Origin: Takakia lepidozioides
Taxonomy: Eukaryota; Plantae; Bryophyta
Assembly: GCA_030704615.1 (NCBI GenBank)
Contig: CM060732.1
Coordinates: 72,168,001 to 72,232,000 of the forward strand
Reading direction: 5' to 3'
DNA: 64,000 nt
In this document: piece after piece, positions 61,451-64,000 of the stretch
How positions within the stretch are numbered: the stretch's first letter is position 1
How the letters are laid out: every line of letters begins with the position of its first letter
The notes under the pieces: model-generated
Database searches by the model: none
What the model was told of the DNA's origin: nothing
What the model saw: the letters and a program-made list of their open reading frames with translations, nothing else
Made by a program: the position numbers and the translations under genes

Positions 61451-62036
61451 CTATTCCAAGTCTCATAACCAAAAAAACAAATGGTTAGAAATTATAGACA
61501 ATAAATGGCCAAAAAATGAAAATGTTGCATTTTGTCATGGTATAGTATATTGGGGAACTCTACAAATGATTAACAAAAGAACAAGTTTGTATAATATTAA
61601 TCCAAAATTCATTGGAGGCCCACAATTCTAAGTTACTAGTATGATTATTTGATCAAATCTGTCGATACAAAAAATTTGGATTAAAAAAAGTACTGAATTA
61701 ATGGACTTCTTTCTGGCTTTGAAGGTCATGGGTACATTGTCACTAGTATGGAAAATTATTTCTCCAGCCATATTTTGTTCCATGATTTGCCTGCTAAAGG
61801 CGTCTATGCCATTGGCACTATCCAAAAAACAAATGTGGGATATCTTAGTTGTCTGGATCAATTTGGAAGAGGTGGTAAGAGAAGAAGGTCGCAGTGGAGT
61901 GCACATATTTTGGAAAATGTGTGCTTTGGCATGGTATGATCAGAAGCCCATGAATTTGCTTTCTACGTAGAAAACAAATTCATACCATGTCAAAGCACAT
62001 ACTGTCGTGAGCCCTGTTGAGACAGACTACTTGCAA

Positions 62037-63484
62037 TAAATAACTAGTTTTTATAATGACACTTGGGCTTGATCCAAGTGTCAATCCAGGGGTCAAGATA
62101 TTTGTTGGCCCCTCGGCGTGGCTTATCTTCATGGTGAACGCGCGGTGAGGCTCATCTCTCTCGAGTTGAGCCTCCCGAGAGCCAGATTTGTTTGCATCCA
62201 TTCGTAGAGAAGCTGCTACAGTTCTCAACCTTGACGATCCGGACGTGTGGGCACGTGCGTGTGATCAGCGTGCAGAGTTGTTCAAGAAAGTCATGCCCAT
62301 GGCTTTTGAGAACCTTGTCATTGCACAACATCGTGATACGTTGAGGTATGTTACCATACGTGGTGGGGGATATCGTCCTGGGGTTCGGAGATTTAACCCT
62401 GGTGACTATGTTTATCTGCAGCAGACTGCTCCTACGACCCTGGATGTGACTGCAGGTCGTACTATTTTGAGGGTTCGAGAGGTGTTGCCCTCAGGAGTCT
62501 TGATCTTGGAGGGTCGGGATGGCATGACTTGGAAGGACCATGTGCGTAATTGCGCGTCATGTCACCTTCTAAATATTGATGGAAGGGTTGACCCAAACTT
62601 GGCGGTGGTACCTGCAGGTTTGCGGTGCATGTTGTGTAGGTCTGCTAGAGGGGCAGCCACCATGCTGGTATGCGATCGATGCTCAAAAGGTTGGCACATG
62701 GGATGCTTGACGCCACCTCTTGATATGGTTCCTGATAGGGATTGGTTGTGTCCACGCTGCATTTAATAGTGATAATGGATACAACCATGGGAGACTAATA
62801 AGAACCACAAGGCCAAGCTACTATGGGACCAATACACGAGATCTCTGGCTCAAGTTCACAGATTGCAAGACGGCGAATAATGATGGGGCTACTCTTGTAC
62901 TCGACCTCTTGGTCTATAGAGTTTGAGTACAATAGGGACAGTGATAGGACTTAGTGAGGCTGTGGCTATTACCTCTTGTAGCTATCTGGAGTTAGAGGGA
63001 CCTAACCACCAGCTAAGGGGGCGATTGTGGCAAACTGATTTGCGTGTATATATATGTTGTGTGGTTTGGACAACGATGTAATTGTGTAGCGAGGTGTATG
63101 CGCACGACAGTTGTCAAGTAAAGTTTACTAGTAGTGTGAAACTAGCCAATAAATAATTAGTTTTTATATATGACACTTGGGCTTGATCCAAGTGTCAACC
63201 CAGGGATCAAGATATTTGTTGGCCCCTGGGCGTGGCTTATCTTCATGGCGAACGCGCGGTGAGGCTCATCTCTCTCGAATTGAACCTCCCGCGTCGGCTA
63301 TGGCGCGTGTACTATTGATTCCCCAAAGCCTTGGGGGTGCAGTGGACTTGATTATTATTTTATGAGTGAAATGTTGGTTTGGTTTTGTGCATCTTTTCAT
63401 TGTGGCAGACTGATTTGTGTGTATGTATATGTTGTGTGGTTTGGACAACGATATAGTTGTGTAGCGAGATGTATGCGCACGACA
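62037..63484 (+). mobile_element. Rearranged Gypsy 3' end: integrase C-terminus with PHD finger, PPT and LTR pieces
   Basis: ORF 62188-62766 (AFENLVIAQHRDTLRY..FNPGDYVYL..CMLC..CDRC..HMGC..CPRC). PPT AAGGGGGCGAT precedes TGTGG at 63026. LTR segments are duplicated (62037-62178 ~ 63150-63291; 63026-63110 ~ 63401-63484). Confidence 0.85.
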
Positions 63485-64000
63485 GATATGAAGGATGATT
63501 TTGAATTGTGAGCTGTAGAATGGTATTATTTTGGGATTTACTGTCATTATTTTTGTTTGTTTTTCTTCCAATGAAAACATGGGAACAACAACTCACAATC
63601 AAGCCAACACTAGTTTTTAAAGGTAAGATGACTGTGAACTGATCTGAGACCGGTCGTAGATCAAAGCCGATGTATCTGTGTGAGCCACAACTTGCAGGTC
63701 TATGTATCATATCTTATTAGATTTATGCTGGTTGGATAGAGTCCACCCCCTAAAAAGAAGCAGTGTGGTGGGATCATAGTCTATATGCGTAAAAAATGTC
63801 CATATGCTATATCTTAAATTTGGACTTATGCTATTGACCCATGGGAAAGTGACGAGGACAAACTCTGAAGATCATATATTGGTATCATATTAGACTGGAC
63901 TCATTTTCCCTCCTCACTTTCCACACCTTGATAGATTTGCATTGACTCTACACTAACTCATTGCTCCAAAGCACTATACTGCAAATATAATAACATCTTA

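Noticed and set aside
61239-61472. ORF with an ER repeat
   Set aside because: Translation of the (CT)n microsatellite.

Overview
Eukaryotic, intron-containing, repeat-rich DNA, most consistent with a non-seed land plant (PLS-type PPR fragments, Replitrons, Tcn1/Tf1-like chromovirus, PHD-Gypsy); the species cannot be determined. I find three intact host genes: an intronless PAM18/TIM14 J-protein (41201-41542 +), an intronless DREB/TINY-type AP2/ERF factor (46662-47453 -) and a 9-exon RPI4-like ribose-5-phosphate isomerase (54048-59292 -). The rest is mostly nested transposons. The main finding is a decayed ~20 kb cargo-bearing DNA element (~9.7-29.55 kb) built around a Sola-like/DUF7869 DDD transposase. 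It carries a spliced, prokaryote-like beta-class DNA amino-methyltransferase homolog, a large putative ParB-like/degenerate-MTase gene, an FCP1/NIF-like HAD domain gene and an SPxY-repeat (Pol II CTD-like) ORF. It is marked by ~10 copies of a 24-bp palindrome (AACCTCCACTGNNCAGTGGAGGTT) that I did not see elsewhere in the window. Also present: two Replitron HUH remnants (one split by a self-priming Gypsy with an extra 3' ORF), a Pack-CACTA-like PPR mosaic, a piggyBac-like TTAA MITE, Tc1/mariner and hAT MITEs, two tRNA-derived SINE families, and Copia and LINE remnants. All family assignments come from motifs read by eye; no database searches were run.
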